DNA from: Naegleria gruberi
Lineage: Eukaryota
Assembly (NCBI GenBank): GCA_000004985.1
Contig: GG738928.1
DNA length: 64,000 nt
Reading direction: 5' to 3' (one strand)
This document shows positions 1-13,076 of the stretch, piece after piece; the first letter of the stretch is position 1, and every line of letters begins with the position of its first letter. The position numbers and the translations under genes are program-made. The notes under the pieces are model-generated. The model was given only the letters and a program-made list of their open reading frames with translations, did no database searches and had not been told where the DNA came from.

Positions 1-403
1 CCATACCCAAACCCAAACCCAAACCCAAACCCAAACCCAAATCCAAACCCAAACCCAAACCCAAACCCAAACCCAAACCCAAACCCAAACCCAAACCCAA
101 ACCCAAACCCAAACCCAAACCCAAACCCAACCCAAACCCAAACCCAAACCCAAACCCAAACCCAAACCCAACCCAAACCCAAACCCAAACCCAAACCCAA
201 ACCCAAACCCAAACCCAACCCAAACCCAAACCCAAACCCAAACCCAAACCCAAACCCAAACCCAAACCCAAACCCAAACCCAAACCCAAACCCAAACCCA
301 AACCCAAACCCAAACCCAAACCCAAACCCAAACCCAAACCCAAACCCAAACCCAAACCCAAACCCAAACCCAAACCCAAACCCAAACCCAAACCCAAACC
401 CAG
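1..403. repeat. Telomeric repeat array, (CCCAAA)n on + strand (G-strand TTTGGG), about 67 units with occasional CCCAA and CCAAAT variants; marks a chromosome left end
   Basis: Direct reading shows perfect hexamer periodicity from base 1 to about 403. Degenerate telomere-like words (ctaaacccaacg, caaaccctagcccaaaa) continue to about 460. The C-rich strand reads 5' to 3' at the sequence start. Confidence 0.85.
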
Positions 404-526
404 AACTAAAAATAGAATTCTTCTAAACCCAACGTTCAAACCCTAGCCCAAAATTATAAACTTATTCAAATATCATTAAATTTTATATCATTCGATAGGA
501 AATGATGAGTAGAACAACGTGGTATA

Positions 527-1053
527 TTTAGTTTTTCAATTTATAAAATATTAACTTTGTAAATAATATCAGATTAAAATTTCAAATATACAACTATAGG
601 AAGAATGATAATTTCAAAATCCTTTAATGAGATTATATAGTCTATATCATCGTTAACAACATTCATAATCACTTTCATATAAAATTTCAAAAGTTCATGT
701 CAGTAGGTATAAAAGTATCAAGTGAAAAGGGATATTGTGAGGTACAATAGGTCAACTATAACTTTTGAGTTTCTCATCAAAACATATTGAATCCTGACAT
801 GAAAATGTTCCATTTGATGAGTAAACATCGAATATCAAATTTATTTTGACTTTCATATTTAAAGATTTCTTCCTTCAATCATACATGGTCAACTAGGTAT
901 GAAAAGGATAACTTGAAAAAGAACCACTTTTGAAACTTTACCAACATGATATAGATGATCTATAATGATGTAGAATTCAATTTCATACCATAAAAATCAG
1001 AAATAGTACCATGGAAAGGTAAATGTTGATACATTATTGTTGACTTTAAGAAA
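527..1053. repeat. Subtelomeric repeat family A, copy 1 (truncated by the N-run at 1054)
   Basis: The segment aligns at roughly 85-90% identity with 15493..15990. The shared text runs from tttgtaaataat..cagattaaaattt to ggaaaggtaaatgttgata..ttgactttaagaaa. Confidence 0.75.
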
Positions 1054-4000
1054 NNNNNNNNNNNNNNNNNNNNNNNNNNNNNNNNNNNNNNNNNNNNNNN
1101 NNNNNNNNNNNNNNNNNNNNNNNNNNNNNNNNNNNNNNNNNNNNNNNNNNNNNNNNNNNNNNNNNNNNNNNNNNNNNNNNNNNNNNNNNNNNNNNNNNNN
1201 NNNNNNNNNNNNNNNNNNNNNNNNNNNNNNNNNNNNNNNNNNNNNNNNNNNNNNNNNNNNNNNNNNNNNNNNNNNNNNNNNNNNNNNNNNNNNNNNNNNN
1301 NNNNNNNNNNNNNNNNNNNNNNNNNNNNNNNNNNNNNNNNNNNNNNNNNNNNNNNNNNNNNNNNNNNNNNNNNNNNNNNNNNNNNNNNNNNNNNNNNNNN
1401 NNNNNNNNNNNNNNNNNNNNNNNNNNNNNNNNNNNNNNNNNNNNNNNNNNNNNNNNNNNNNNNNNNNNNNNNNNNNNNNNNNNNNNNNNNNNNNNNNNNN
1501 NNNNNNNNNNNNNNNNNNNNNNNNNNNNNNNNNNNNNNNNNNNNNNNNNNNNNNNNNNNNNNNNNNNNNNNNNNNNNNNNNNNNNNNNNNNNNNNNNNNN
1601 NNNNNNNNNNNNNNNNNNNNNNNNNNNNNNNNNNNNNNNNNNNNNNNNNNNNNNNNNNNNNNNNNNNNNNNNNNNNNNNNNNNNNNNNNNNNNNNNNNNN
1701 NNNNNNNNNNNNNNNNNNNNNNNNNNNNNNNNNNNNNNNNNNNNNNNNNNNNNNNNNNNNNNNNNNNNNNNNNNNNNNNNNNNNNNNNNNNNNNNNNNNN
1801 NNNNNNNNNNNNNNNNNNNNNNNNNNNNNNNNNNNNNNNNNNNNNNNNNNNNNNNNNNNNNNNNNNNNNNNNNNNNNNNNNNNNNNNNNNNNNNNNNNNN
1901 NNNNNNNNNNNNNNNNNNNNNNNNNNNNNNNNNNNNNNNNNNNNNNNNNNNNNNNNNNNNNNNNNNNNNNNNNNNNNNNNNNNNNNNNNNNNNNNNNNNN
2001 NNNNNNNNNNNNNNNNNNNNNNNNNNNNNNNNNNNNNNNNNNNNNNNNNNNNNNNNNNNNNNNNNNNNNNNNNNNNNNNNNNNNNNNNNNNNNNNNNNNN
2101 NNNNNNNNNNNNNNNNNNNNNNNNNNNNNNNNNNNNNNNNNNNNNNNNNNNNNNNNNNNNNNNNNNNNNNNNNNNNNNNNNNNNNNNNNNNNNNNNNNNN
2201 NNNNNNNNNNNNNNNNNNNNNNNNNNNNNNNNNNNNNNNNNNNNNNNNNNNNNNNNNNNNNNNNNNNNNNNNNNNNNNNNNNNNNNNNNNNNNNNNNNNN
2301 NNNNNNNNNNNNNNNNNNNNNNNNNNNNNNNNNNNNNNNNNNNNNNNNNNNNNNNNNNNNNNNNNNNNNNNNNNNNNNNNNNNNNNNNNNNNNNNNNNNN
2401 NNNNNNNNNNNNNNNNNNNNNNNNNNNNNNNNNNNNNNNNNNNNNNNNNNNNNNNNNNNNNNNNNNNNNNNNNNNNNNNNNNNNNNNNNNNNNNNNNNNN
2501 NNNNNNNNNNNNNNNNNNNNNNNNNNNNNNNNNNNNNNNNNNNNNNNNNNNNNNNNNNNNNNNNNNNNNNNNNNNNNNNNNNNNNNNNNNNNNNNNNNNN
2601 NNNNNNNNNNNNNNNNNNNNNNNNNNNNNNNNNNNNNNNNNNNNNNNNNNNNNNNNNNNNNNNNNNNNNNNNNNNNNNNNNNNNNNNNNNNNNNNNNNNN
2701 NNNNNNNNNNNNNNNNNNNNNNNNNNNNNNNNNNNNNNNNNNNNNNNNNNNNNNNNNNNNNNNNNNNNNNNNNNNNNNNNNNNNNNNNNNNNNNNNNNNN
2801 NNNNNNNNNNNNNNNNNNNNNNNNNNNNNNNNNNNNNNNNNNNNNNNNNNNNNNNNNNNNNNNNNNNNNNNNNNNNNNNNNNNNNNNNNNNNNNNNNNNN
2901 NNNNNNNNNNNNNNNNNNNNNNNNNNNNNNNNNNNNNNNNNNNNNNNNNNNNNNNNNNNNNNNNNNNNNNNNNNNNNNNNNNNNNNNNNNNNNNNNNNNN
3001 NNNNNNNNNNNNNNNNNNNNNNNNNNNNNNNNNNNNNNNNNNNNNNNNNNNNNNNNNNNNNNNNNNNNNNNNNNNNNNNNNNNNNNNNNNNNNNNNNNNN
3101 NNNNNNNNNNNNNNNNNNNNNNNNNNNNNNNNNNNNNNNNNNNNNNNNNNNNNNNNNNNNNNNNNNNNNNNNNNNNNNNNNNNNNNNNNNNNNNNNNNNN
3201 NNNNNNNNNNNNNNNNNNNNNNNNNNNNNNNNNNNNNNNNNNNNNNNNNNNNNNNNNNNNNNNNNNNNNNNNNNNNNNNNNNNNNNNNNNNNNNNNNNNN
3301 NNNNNNNNNNNNNNNNNNNNNNNNNNNNNNNNNNNNNNNNNNNNNNNNNNNNNNNNNNNNNNNNNNNNNNNNNNNNNNNNNNNNNNNNNNNNNNNNNNNN
3401 NNNNNNNNNNNNNNNNNNNNNNNNNNNNNNNNNNNNNNNNNNNNNNNNNNNNNNNNNNNNNNNNNNNNNNNNNNNNNNNNNNNNNNNNNNNNNNNNNNNN
3501 NNNNNNNNNNNNNNNNNNNNNNNNNNNNNNNNNNNNNNNNNNNNNNNNNNNNNNNNNNNNNNNNNNNNNNNNNNNNNNNNNNNNNNNNNNNNNNNNNNNN
3601 NNNNNNNNNNNNNNNNNNNNNNNNNNNNNNNNNNNNNNNNNNNNNNNNNNNNNNNNNNNNNNNNNNNNNNNNNNNNNNNNNNNNNNNNNNNNNNNNNNNN
3701 NNNNNNNNNNNNNNNNNNNNNNNNNNNNNNNNNNNNNNNNNNNNNNNNNNNNNNNNNNNNNNNNNNNNNNNNNNNNNNNNNNNNNNNNNNNNNNNNNNNN
3801 NNNNNNNNNNNNNNNNNNNNNNNNNNNNNNNNNNNNNNNNNNNNNNNNNNNNNNNNNNNNNNNNNNNNNNNNNNNNNNNNNNNNNNNNNNNNNNNNNNNN
3901 NNNNNNNNNNNNNNNNNNNNNNNNNNNNNNNNNNNNNNNNNNNNNNNNNNNNNNNNNNNNNNNNNNNNNNNNNNNNNNNNNNNNNNNNNNNNNNNNNNNN

Positions 4001-6305
4001 NNNNNNNNNNNNNNNNNNNNNNNNNNNNNNNNNNNNNNNNNNNNNNNNNNNNNNNNNNNNNNNNNNNNNNNNNNNNNNNNNNNNNNNNNNNNNNNNNNNN
4101 NNNNNNNNNNNNNNNNNNNNNNNNNNNNNNNNNNNNNNNNNNNNNNNNNNNNNNNNNNNNNNNNNNNNNNNNNNNNNNNNNNNNNNNNNNNNNNNNNNNN
4201 NNNNNNNNNNNNNNNNNNNNNNNNNNNNNNNNNNNNNNNNNNNNNNNNNNNNNNNNNNNNNNNNNNNNNNNNNNNNNNNNNNNNNNNNNNNNNNNNNNNN
4301 NNNNNNNNNNNNNNNNNNNNNNNNNNNNNNNNNNNNNNNNNNNNNNNNNNNNNNNNNNNNNNNNNNNNNNNNNNNNNNNNNNNNNNNNNNNNNNNNNNNN
4401 NNNNNNNNNNNNNNNNNNNNNNNNNNNNNNNNNNNNNNNNNNNNNNNNNNNNNNNNNNNNNNNNNNNNNNNNNNNNNNNNNNNNNNNNNNNNNNNNNNNN
4501 NNNNNNNNNNNNNNNNNNNNNNNNNNNNNNNNNNNNNNNNNNNNNNNNNNNNNNNNNNNNNNNNNNNNNNNNNNNNNNNNNNNNNNNNNNNNNNNNNNNN
4601 NNNNNNNNNNNNNNNNNNNNNNNNNNNNNNNNNNNNNNNNNNNNNNNNNNNNNNNNNNNNNNNNNNNNNNNNNNNNNNNNNNNNNNNNNNNNNNNNNNNN
4701 NNNNNNNNNNNNNNNNNNNNNNNNNNNNNNNNNNNNNNNNNNNNNNNNNNNNNNNNNNNNNNNNNNNNNNNNNNNNNNNNNNNNNNNNNNNNNNNNNNNN
4801 NNNNNNNNNNNNNNNNNNNNNNNNNNNNNNNNNNNNNNNNNNNNNNNNNNNNNNNNNNNNNNNNNNNNNNNNNNNNNNNNNNNNNNNNNNNNNNNNNNNN
4901 NNNNNNNNNNNNNNNNNNNNNNNNNNNNNNNNNNNNNNNNNNNNNNNNNNNNNNNNNNNNNNNNNNNNNNNNNNNNNNNNNNNNNNNNNNNNNNNNNNNN
5001 NNNNNNNNNNNNNNNNNNNNNNNNNNNNNNNNNNNNNNNNNNNNNNNNNNNNNNNNNNNNNNNNNNNNNNNNNNNNNNNNNNNNNNNNNNNNNNNNNNNN
5101 NNNNNNNNNNNNNNNNNNNNNNNNNNNNNNNNNNNNNNNNNNNNNNNNNNNNNNNNNNNNNNNNNNNNNNNNNNNNNNNNNNNNNNNNNNNNNNNNNNNN
5201 NNNNNNNNNNNNNNNNNNNNNNNNNNNNNNNNNNNNNNNNNNNNNNNNNNNNNNNNNNNNNNNNNNNNNNNNNNNNNNNNNNNNNNNNNNNNNNNNNNNN
5301 NNNNNNNNNNNNNNNNNNNNNNNNNNNNNNNNNNNNNNNNNNNNNNNNNNNNNNNNNNNNNNNNNNNNNNNNNNNNNNNNNNNNNNNNNNNNNNNNNNNN
5401 NNNNNNNNNNNNNNNNNNNNNNNNNNNNNNNNNNNNNNNNNNNNNNNNNNNNNNNNNNNNNNNNNNNNNNNNNNNNNNNNNNNNNNNNNNNNNNNNNNNN
5501 NNNNNNNNNNNNNNNNNNNNNNNNNNNNNNNNNNNNNNNNNNNNNNNNNNNNNNNNNNNNNNNNNNNNNNNNNNNNNNNNNNNNNNNNNNNNNNNNNNNN
5601 NNNNNNNNNNNNNNNNNNNNNNNNNNNNNNNNNNNNNNNNNNNNNNNNNNNNNNNNNNNNNNNNNNNNNNNNNNNNNNNNNNNNNNNNNNNNNNNNNNNN
5701 NNNNNNNNNNNNNNNNNNNNNNNNNNNNNNNNNNNNNNNNNNNNNNNNNNNNNNNNNNNNNNNNNNNNNNNNNNNNNNNNNNNNNNNNNNNNNNNNNNNN
5801 NNNNNNNNNNNNNNNNNNNNNNNNNNNNNNNNNNNNNNNNNNNNNNNNNNNNNNNNNNNNNNNNNNNNNNNNNNNNNNNNNNNNNNNNNNNNNNNNNNNN
5901 NNNNNNNNNNNNNNNNNNNNNNNNNNNNNNNNNNNNNNNNNNNNNNNNNNNNNNNNNNNNNNNNNNNNNNNNNNNNNNNNNNNNNNNNNNNNNNNNNNNN
6001 NNNNNNNNNNNNNNNNNNNNNNNNNNNNNNNNNNNNNNNNNNNNNNNNNNNNNNNNNNNNNNNNNNNNNNNNNNNNNNNNNNNNNNNNNNNNNNNNNNNN
6101 NNNNNNNNNNNNNNNNNNNNNNNNNNNNNNNNNNNNNNNNNNNNNNNNNNNNNNNNNNNNNNNNNNNNNNNNNNNNNNNNNNNNNNNNNNNNNNNNNNNN
6201 NNNNNNNNNNNNNNNNNNNNNNNNNNNNNNNNNNNNNNNNNNNNNNNNNNNNNNNNNNNNNNNNNNNNNNNNNNNNNNNNNNNNNNNNNNNNNNNNNNNN
6301 NNNNN
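1054..6305. other. Unresolved N-run (5252 N); assembly gap or masked sequence
   Basis: All bases are N. The ORFs 997..6336, 1037..6343 and 1046..6514 consist mostly of X and are artefacts apart from their real flanks. Confidence 0.99.
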
Positions 6306-7695
6306 GAGAGTACAATAGAAAATATCTCCATTTCAATTCTTGATATTATTAAGAATGTCAAAAAAATTCCCAGTACAGAAATACCAATGCCAATAACAAT
6401 ATTGAGTAAGAGATTTCTAGTTTCATCGATAAAGGTCTTTTGGCTAACTTGCATCGATTTACAAAATGCTAAGAAAGCATCAGCACCTGTTCTTCTATTT
6501 TGATAAATATACATAAACTCATAACTACAATATTAATATTATAAATTTGAATTCTTCTTACCTCGTTACAACTTCATAAAATTTCATCTTTCCATTCATA
6601 ACTGAATTTTCAATGTGTTCCAAAATGACGGAGTTTACTTCTCTTGTAGAAGCATATCTTTTAAAAATGTTAGTAAACTCTTTCCTTATTCCTGTATCGT
6701 TAGGGAGTGGAATATTGATAAGCTTATCTTCTATTGTAAAATCAGTAAACATTCCAGGTGTAAATACGCCTGAATTGGAGTTCTCCTCCAACTTTCTTAA
6801 CGCTTCTCTCTTTAGTTCAATCTTTTCCATAAAGGTGCTGTTGAACAATTGTATATTATCGTATTCTGTTGTATTAACCAATGGAAATGGACTTTTTAAA
6901 TCATCATAAAACTCCCAAACTATCTGAGCCATTCTCAAATTTCTAAATAAACCACCATAAGTACTCTGGATATAACATGAATCCTTAATAAGAGGAGATT
7001 TTGACAATAATGTTTGATAATAATTAGTTAATGCAAAACAAACAACCACCGTAGCAATACATAAGGAGAACATGAAAGCATAAGCAATTGTTCTTATTTT
7101 GGATTGGTAAGGAGAGCTGAGAGCATTTCGCAAAGCTTCTTCCTTTTTGTTCTCTGAGAGATTTTCTATTCCTTCAAAATCTTGTTTGCTTGTGAGAATT
7201 TCATCATCATCTTCTCTGAAGGCCTTTCTATCAACAGGGTAGATTCTCAAACTTGACCTTAAATTTCGTTTCAAGTTAGGTTGTTTGTAATGCTTTGATT
7301 CCTCTTCTTCTAGAACTGTCGCTTCTTCAAACAGTTGACTTGATAAGTTCTTGTCCAACTTGATGGATTCCACATATTTAGCATAGTGCCGTATAACAGT
7401 TTTATCATGTGGGAAATTCTTCATCAAGATTCCGAAATTTTCATCACAATACCTAGTTAATTTTGCTGAAAGAGAGTTTAAATTGGCTAGCTTTGATGTA
7501 TTTGGCCTTTCAATAGTAAGCTCTTTCCAGAATGCTTTATGAGCAATTTTGAGCTCCTCTTGTTTCTTTTCAAGAATAGAAATTGCATTCTTAATCTCTA
7601 ATGTGTACCGACCTTGACATGACAAATTACTTTGATCTCTTTCAAATTGTTTCACTCTATAATGCATATTGAGAGTTTCCCAATAATTTCCTCCT
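6306..7695 (-). CDS. Partial gene for a large multi-pass membrane protein (possibly channel or transporter-like). Two exons joined by a short intron at 6525..6561 (alternative acceptor near 6496). Both the 5' and 3' continuations are lost in N-runs.
   Basis: A continuous minus-strand frame covers 7695..6562 and ends ...KFYEVVT. The apparent TAA stop is part of a GTAAGA donor. The same frame resumes after an attgtag acceptor as YEFMYIYQNRRTGADAFLAF..LLLNIVIGIGISVLGIFLTFLII and then runs into the N-run. There are at least two predicted TM segments (IAYAFMFSLCIATVVVCFAL and the one above) and a coiled-coil-like region. Confidence 0.5.
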
Positions 7696-10600
7696 NNNNN
7701 NNNNNNNNNNNNNNNNNNNNNNNNNNNNNNNNNNNNNNNNNNNNNNNNNNNNNNNNNNNNNNNNNNNNNNNNNNNNNNNNNNNNNNNNNNNNNNNNNNNN
7801 NNNNNNNNNNNNNNNNNNNNNNNNNNNNNNNNNNNNNNNNNNNNNNNNNNNNNNNNNNNNNNNNNNNNNNNNNNNNNNNNNNNNNNNNNNNNNNNNNNNN
7901 NNNNNNNNNNNNNNNNNNNNNNNNNNNNNNNNNNNNNNNNNNNNNNNNNNNNNNNNNNNNNNNNNNNNNNNNNNNNNNNNNNNNNNNNNNNNNNNNNNNN
8001 NNNNNNNNNNNNNNNNNNNNNNNNNNNNNNNNNNNNNNNNNNNNNNNNNNNNNNNNNNNNNNNNNNNNNNNNNNNNNNNNNNNNNNNNNNNNNNNNNNNN
8101 NNNNNNNNNNNNNNNNNNNNNNNNNNNNNNNNNNNNNNNNNNNNNNNNNNNNNNNNNNNNNNNNNNNNNNNNNNNNNNNNNNNNNNNNNNNNNNNNNNNN
8201 NNNNNNNNNNNNNNNNNNNNNNNNNNNNNNNNNNNNNNNNNNNNNNNNNNNNNNNNNNNNNNNNNNNNNNNNNNNNNNNNNNNNNNNNNNNNNNNNNNNN
8301 NNNNNNNNNNNNNNNNNNNNNNNNNNNNNNNNNNNNNNNNNNNNNNNNNNNNNNNNNNNNNNNNNNNNNNNNNNNNNNNNNNNNNNNNNNNNNNNNNNNN
8401 NNNNNNNNNNNNNNNNNNNNNNNNNNNNNNNNNNNNNNNNNNNNNNNNNNNNNNNNNNNNNNNNNNNNNNNNNNNNNNNNNNNNNNNNNNNNNNNNNNNN
8501 NNNNNNNNNNNNNNNNNNNNNNNNNNNNNNNNNNNNNNNNNNNNNNNNNNNNNNNNNNNNNNNNNNNNNNNNNNNNNNNNNNNNNNNNNNNNNNNNNNNN
8601 NNNNNNNNNNNNNNNNNNNNNNNNNNNNNNNNNNNNNNNNNNNNNNNNNNNNNNNNNNNNNNNNNNNNNNNNNNNNNNNNNNNNNNNNNNNNNNNNNNNN
8701 NNNNNNNNNNNNNNNNNNNNNNNNNNNNNNNNNNNNNNNNNNNNNNNNNNNNNNNNNNNNNNNNNNNNNNNNNNNNNNNNNNNNNNNNNNNNNNNNNNNN
8801 NNNNNNNNNNNNNNNNNNNNNNNNNNNNNNNNNNNNNNNNNNNNNNNNNNNNNNNNNNNNNNNNNNNNNNNNNNNNNNNNNNNNNNNNNNNNNNNNNNNN
8901 NNNNNNNNNNNNNNNNNNNNNNNNNNNNNNNNNNNNNNNNNNNNNNNNNNNNNNNNNNNNNNNNNNNNNNNNNNNNNNNNNNNNNNNNNNNNNNNNNNNN
9001 NNNNNNNNNNNNNNNNNNNNNNNNNNNNNNNNNNNNNNNNNNNNNNNNNNNNNNNNNNNNNNNNNNNNNNNNNNNNNNNNNNNNNNNNNNNNNNNNNNNN
9101 NNNNNNNNNNNNNNNNNNNNNNNNNNNNNNNNNNNNNNNNNNNNNNNNNNNNNNNNNNNNNNNNNNNNNNNNNNNNNNNNNNNNNNNNNNNNNNNNNNNN
9201 NNNNNNNNNNNNNNNNNNNNNNNNNNNNNNNNNNNNNNNNNNNNNNNNNNNNNNNNNNNNNNNNNNNNNNNNNNNNNNNNNNNNNNNNNNNNNNNNNNNN
9301 NNNNNNNNNNNNNNNNNNNNNNNNNNNNNNNNNNNNNNNNNNNNNNNNNNNNNNNNNNNNNNNNNNNNNNNNNNNNNNNNNNNNNNNNNNNNNNNNNNNN
9401 NNNNNNNNNNNNNNNNNNNNNNNNNNNNNNNNNNNNNNNNNNNNNNNNNNNNNNNNNNNNNNNNNNNNNNNNNNNNNNNNNNNNNNNNNNNNNNNNNNNN
9501 NNNNNNNNNNNNNNNNNNNNNNNNNNNNNNNNNNNNNNNNNNNNNNNNNNNNNNNNNNNNNNNNNNNNNNNNNNNNNNNNNNNNNNNNNNNNNNNNNNNN
9601 NNNNNNNNNNNNNNNNNNNNNNNNNNNNNNNNNNNNNNNNNNNNNNNNNNNNNNNNNNNNNNNNNNNNNNNNNNNNNNNNNNNNNNNNNNNNNNNNNNNN
9701 NNNNNNNNNNNNNNNNNNNNNNNNNNNNNNNNNNNNNNNNNNNNNNNNNNNNNNNNNNNNNNNNNNNNNNNNNNNNNNNNNNNNNNNNNNNNNNNNNNNN
9801 NNNNNNNNNNNNNNNNNNNNNNNNNNNNNNNNNNNNNNNNNNNNNNNNNNNNNNNNNNNNNNNNNNNNNNNNNNNNNNNNNNNNNNNNNNNNNNNNNNNN
9901 NNNNNNNNNNNNNNNNNNNNNNNNNNNNNNNNNNNNNNNNNNNNNNNNNNNNNNNNNNNNNNNNNNNNNNNNNNNNNNNNNNNNNNNNNNNNNNNNNNNN
10001 NNNNNNNNNNNNNNNNNNNNNNNNNNNNNNNNNNNNNNNNNNNNNNNNNNNNNNNNNNNNNNNNNNNNNNNNNNNNNNNNNNNNNNNNNNNNNNNNNNNN
10101 NNNNNNNNNNNNNNNNNNNNNNNNNNNNNNNNNNNNNNNNNNNNNNNNNNNNNNNNNNNNNNNNNNNNNNNNNNNNNNNNNNNNNNNNNNNNNNNNNNNN
10201 NNNNNNNNNNNNNNNNNNNNNNNNNNNNNNNNNNNNNNNNNNNNNNNNNNNNNNNNNNNNNNNNNNNNNNNNNNNNNNNNNNNNNNNNNNNNNNNNNNNN
10301 NNNNNNNNNNNNNNNNNNNNNNNNNNNNNNNNNNNNNNNNNNNNNNNNNNNNNNNNNNNNNNNNNNNNNNNNNNNNNNNNNNNNNNNNNNNNNNNNNNNN
10401 NNNNNNNNNNNNNNNNNNNNNNNNNNNNNNNNNNNNNNNNNNNNNNNNNNNNNNNNNNNNNNNNNNNNNNNNNNNNNNNNNNNNNNNNNNNNNNNNNNNN
10501 NNNNNNNNNNNNNNNNNNNNNNNNNNNNNNNNNNNNNNNNNNNNNNNNNNNNNNNNNNNNNNNNNNNNNNNNNNNNNNNNNNNNNNNNNNNNNNNNNNNN

Positions 10601-13076
10601 NNNNNNNNNNNNNNNNNNNNNNNNNNNNNNNNNNNNNNNNNNNNNNNNNNNNNNNNNNNNNNNNNNNNNNNNNNNNNNNNNNNNNNNNNNNNNNNNNNNN
10701 NNNNNNNNNNNNNNNNNNNNNNNNNNNNNNNNNNNNNNNNNNNNNNNNNNNNNNNNNNNNNNNNNNNNNNNNNNNNNNNNNNNNNNNNNNNNNNNNNNNN
10801 NNNNNNNNNNNNNNNNNNNNNNNNNNNNNNNNNNNNNNNNNNNNNNNNNNNNNNNNNNNNNNNNNNNNNNNNNNNNNNNNNNNNNNNNNNNNNNNNNNNN
10901 NNNNNNNNNNNNNNNNNNNNNNNNNNNNNNNNNNNNNNNNNNNNNNNNNNNNNNNNNNNNNNNNNNNNNNNNNNNNNNNNNNNNNNNNNNNNNNNNNNNN
11001 NNNNNNNNNNNNNNNNNNNNNNNNNNNNNNNNNNNNNNNNNNNNNNNNNNNNNNNNNNNNNNNNNNNNNNNNNNNNNNNNNNNNNNNNNNNNNNNNNNNN
11101 NNNNNNNNNNNNNNNNNNNNNNNNNNNNNNNNNNNNNNNNNNNNNNNNNNNNNNNNNNNNNNNNNNNNNNNNNNNNNNNNNNNNNNNNNNNNNNNNNNNN
11201 NNNNNNNNNNNNNNNNNNNNNNNNNNNNNNNNNNNNNNNNNNNNNNNNNNNNNNNNNNNNNNNNNNNNNNNNNNNNNNNNNNNNNNNNNNNNNNNNNNNN
11301 NNNNNNNNNNNNNNNNNNNNNNNNNNNNNNNNNNNNNNNNNNNNNNNNNNNNNNNNNNNNNNNNNNNNNNNNNNNNNNNNNNNNNNNNNNNNNNNNNNNN
11401 NNNNNNNNNNNNNNNNNNNNNNNNNNNNNNNNNNNNNNNNNNNNNNNNNNNNNNNNNNNNNNNNNNNNNNNNNNNNNNNNNNNNNNNNNNNNNNNNNNNN
11501 NNNNNNNNNNNNNNNNNNNNNNNNNNNNNNNNNNNNNNNNNNNNNNNNNNNNNNNNNNNNNNNNNNNNNNNNNNNNNNNNNNNNNNNNNNNNNNNNNNNN
11601 NNNNNNNNNNNNNNNNNNNNNNNNNNNNNNNNNNNNNNNNNNNNNNNNNNNNNNNNNNNNNNNNNNNNNNNNNNNNNNNNNNNNNNNNNNNNNNNNNNNN
11701 NNNNNNNNNNNNNNNNNNNNNNNNNNNNNNNNNNNNNNNNNNNNNNNNNNNNNNNNNNNNNNNNNNNNNNNNNNNNNNNNNNNNNNNNNNNNNNNNNNNN
11801 NNNNNNNNNNNNNNNNNNNNNNNNNNNNNNNNNNNNNNNNNNNNNNNNNNNNNNNNNNNNNNNNNNNNNNNNNNNNNNNNNNNNNNNNNNNNNNNNNNNN
11901 NNNNNNNNNNNNNNNNNNNNNNNNNNNNNNNNNNNNNNNNNNNNNNNNNNNNNNNNNNNNNNNNNNNNNNNNNNNNNNNNNNNNNNNNNNNNNNNNNNNN
12001 NNNNNNNNNNNNNNNNNNNNNNNNNNNNNNNNNNNNNNNNNNNNNNNNNNNNNNNNNNNNNNNNNNNNNNNNNNNNNNNNNNNNNNNNNNNNNNNNNNNN
12101 NNNNNNNNNNNNNNNNNNNNNNNNNNNNNNNNNNNNNNNNNNNNNNNNNNNNNNNNNNNNNNNNNNNNNNNNNNNNNNNNNNNNNNNNNNNNNNNNNNNN
12201 NNNNNNNNNNNNNNNNNNNNNNNNNNNNNNNNNNNNNNNNNNNNNNNNNNNNNNNNNNNNNNNNNNNNNNNNNNNNNNNNNNNNNNNNNNNNNNNNNNNN
12301 NNNNNNNNNNNNNNNNNNNNNNNNNNNNNNNNNNNNNNNNNNNNNNNNNNNNNNNNNNNNNNNNNNNNNNNNNNNNNNNNNNNNNNNNNNNNNNNNNNNN
12401 NNNNNNNNNNNNNNNNNNNNNNNNNNNNNNNNNNNNNNNNNNNNNNNNNNNNNNNNNNNNNNNNNNNNNNNNNNNNNNNNNNNNNNNNNNNNNNNNNNNN
12501 NNNNNNNNNNNNNNNNNNNNNNNNNNNNNNNNNNNNNNNNNNNNNNNNNNNNNNNNNNNNNNNNNNNNNNNNNNNNNNNNNNNNNNNNNNNNNNNNNNNN
12601 NNNNNNNNNNNNNNNNNNNNNNNNNNNNNNNNNNNNNNNNNNNNNNNNNNNNNNNNNNNNNNNNNNNNNNNNNNNNNNNNNNNNNNNNNNNNNNNNNNNN
12701 NNNNNNNNNNNNNNNNNNNNNNNNNNNNNNNNNNNNNNNNNNNNNNNNNNNNNNNNNNNNNNNNNNNNNNNNNNNNNNNNNNNNNNNNNNNNNNNNNNNN
12801 NNNNNNNNNNNNNNNNNNNNNNNNNNNNNNNNNNNNNNNNNNNNNNNNNNNNNNNNNNNNNNNNNNNNNNNNNNNNNNNNNNNNNNNNNNNNNNNNNNNN
12901 NNNNNNNNNNNNNNNNNNNNNNNNNNNNNNNNNNNNNNNNNNNNNNNNNNNNNNNNNNNNNNNNNNNNNNNNNNNNNNNNNNNNNNNNNNNNNNNNNNNN
13001 NNNNNNNNNNNNNNNNNNNNNNNNNNNNNNNNNNNNNNNNNNNNNNNNNNNNNNNNNNNNNNNNNNNNNNNNNNNN
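7696..13076. other. Unresolved N-run (5381 N)
   Basis: All bases are N. The ORFs 6558..13160, 7632..13094, 7652..13090 and 7657..13239 are X-filled artefacts except for the real segment 6558..7695. Confidence 0.99.

Noticed and set aside
997-6514. Very long ORFs (1768-1822 aa) on both strands spanning 1054..6305
   Set aside because: They are translations of N-runs (X residues). Only the flanking real sequence is informative. The minus-strand real part (6306..6514) was folded into the partial membrane-protein gene.
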